From a virus (taxonomy: Duplodnaviria; Caudoviricetes): a stretch of 64,000 bases of DNA. The DNA lies in IMG/VR virus record IMGVR_UViG_3300020577_002484, positions 12,858 to 76,857 of that record; one strand, written 5' to 3'. Position 1 is the first letter of the stretch. The number at the start of each line of letters is the position of its first letter. Below the pieces are notes generated by a model. The model searched no databases. It saw only the letters and a program-made list of their open reading frames with translations, and was not told where the DNA came from. This document shows, piece after piece, positions 63,972-64,000 of the stretch. The position numbers were made by a program, and so were the translations under genes.

Positions 63972-64000
63972 AGGATCAATGAATCTCTCAGTGTTATGGA

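Noticed and set aside
1-64000. Stop-codon reassignment
   Set aside because: Standard-code ORFs tile the window densely, with intact long genes ending in TAA, TAG and TGA
1-64000. Prophage or integrative element
   Set aside because: No integrase, att-like junction or host genes in the window; a plasmid-like lifestyle cannot be excluded

Overview
This window is a 64 kb stretch of a lytic-looking tailed dsDNA phage, probably a siphovirus: it has a 1361-aa tape measure protein, a tail tube gene and no sheath. The genome is about 45% GC by eye. The host is probably GC-rich, possibly Planctomycetota, which is inference from codon bias of highly expressed genes, a secreted CxGGxC trypsin-like protein and sigma54 sites. 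Layout: (1) 21-18007, minus strand: nuclease, a Tad1-like anti-defence sponge, a tRNA cluster with an odd tRNA mimic, a sigma factor, NYN, intein-containing class II RNR, VRR-NUC, family A DNA polymerase, SF2 helicase and two ParB-like genes. (2) 18462-23543, plus strand: primase-helicase, dNMP kinase, adenine methyltransferase and DEDD exonuclease. (3) 23669-57883, minus strand: the late and virion operon from a trypsin-like protease through terminase, portal, capsid and tail, with an unannotated -1 frameshift in the tail chaperone. (4) 57900-62830: a repeat-flanked plus-strand early cassette with three tandem sigma54 promoters, three near-identical sigma70 promoters, a sigma-like gene and a third ParB-like gene. 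(5) 62816-63971: a FliA-like sigma factor. Best candidates for new biology are the three orphan ParB-fold proteins with dispersed TACCA-core palindromes and repeat arrays, the tRNA-like RNA with a 14-bp anticodon arm, the sigma54-fired sigma cascade, the Tad1 homolog and Prp-like capsid leader peptides. No integrase, CRISPR array or clear endolysin-holin pair was seen. All homology calls are from motif recognition; no database searches were run.
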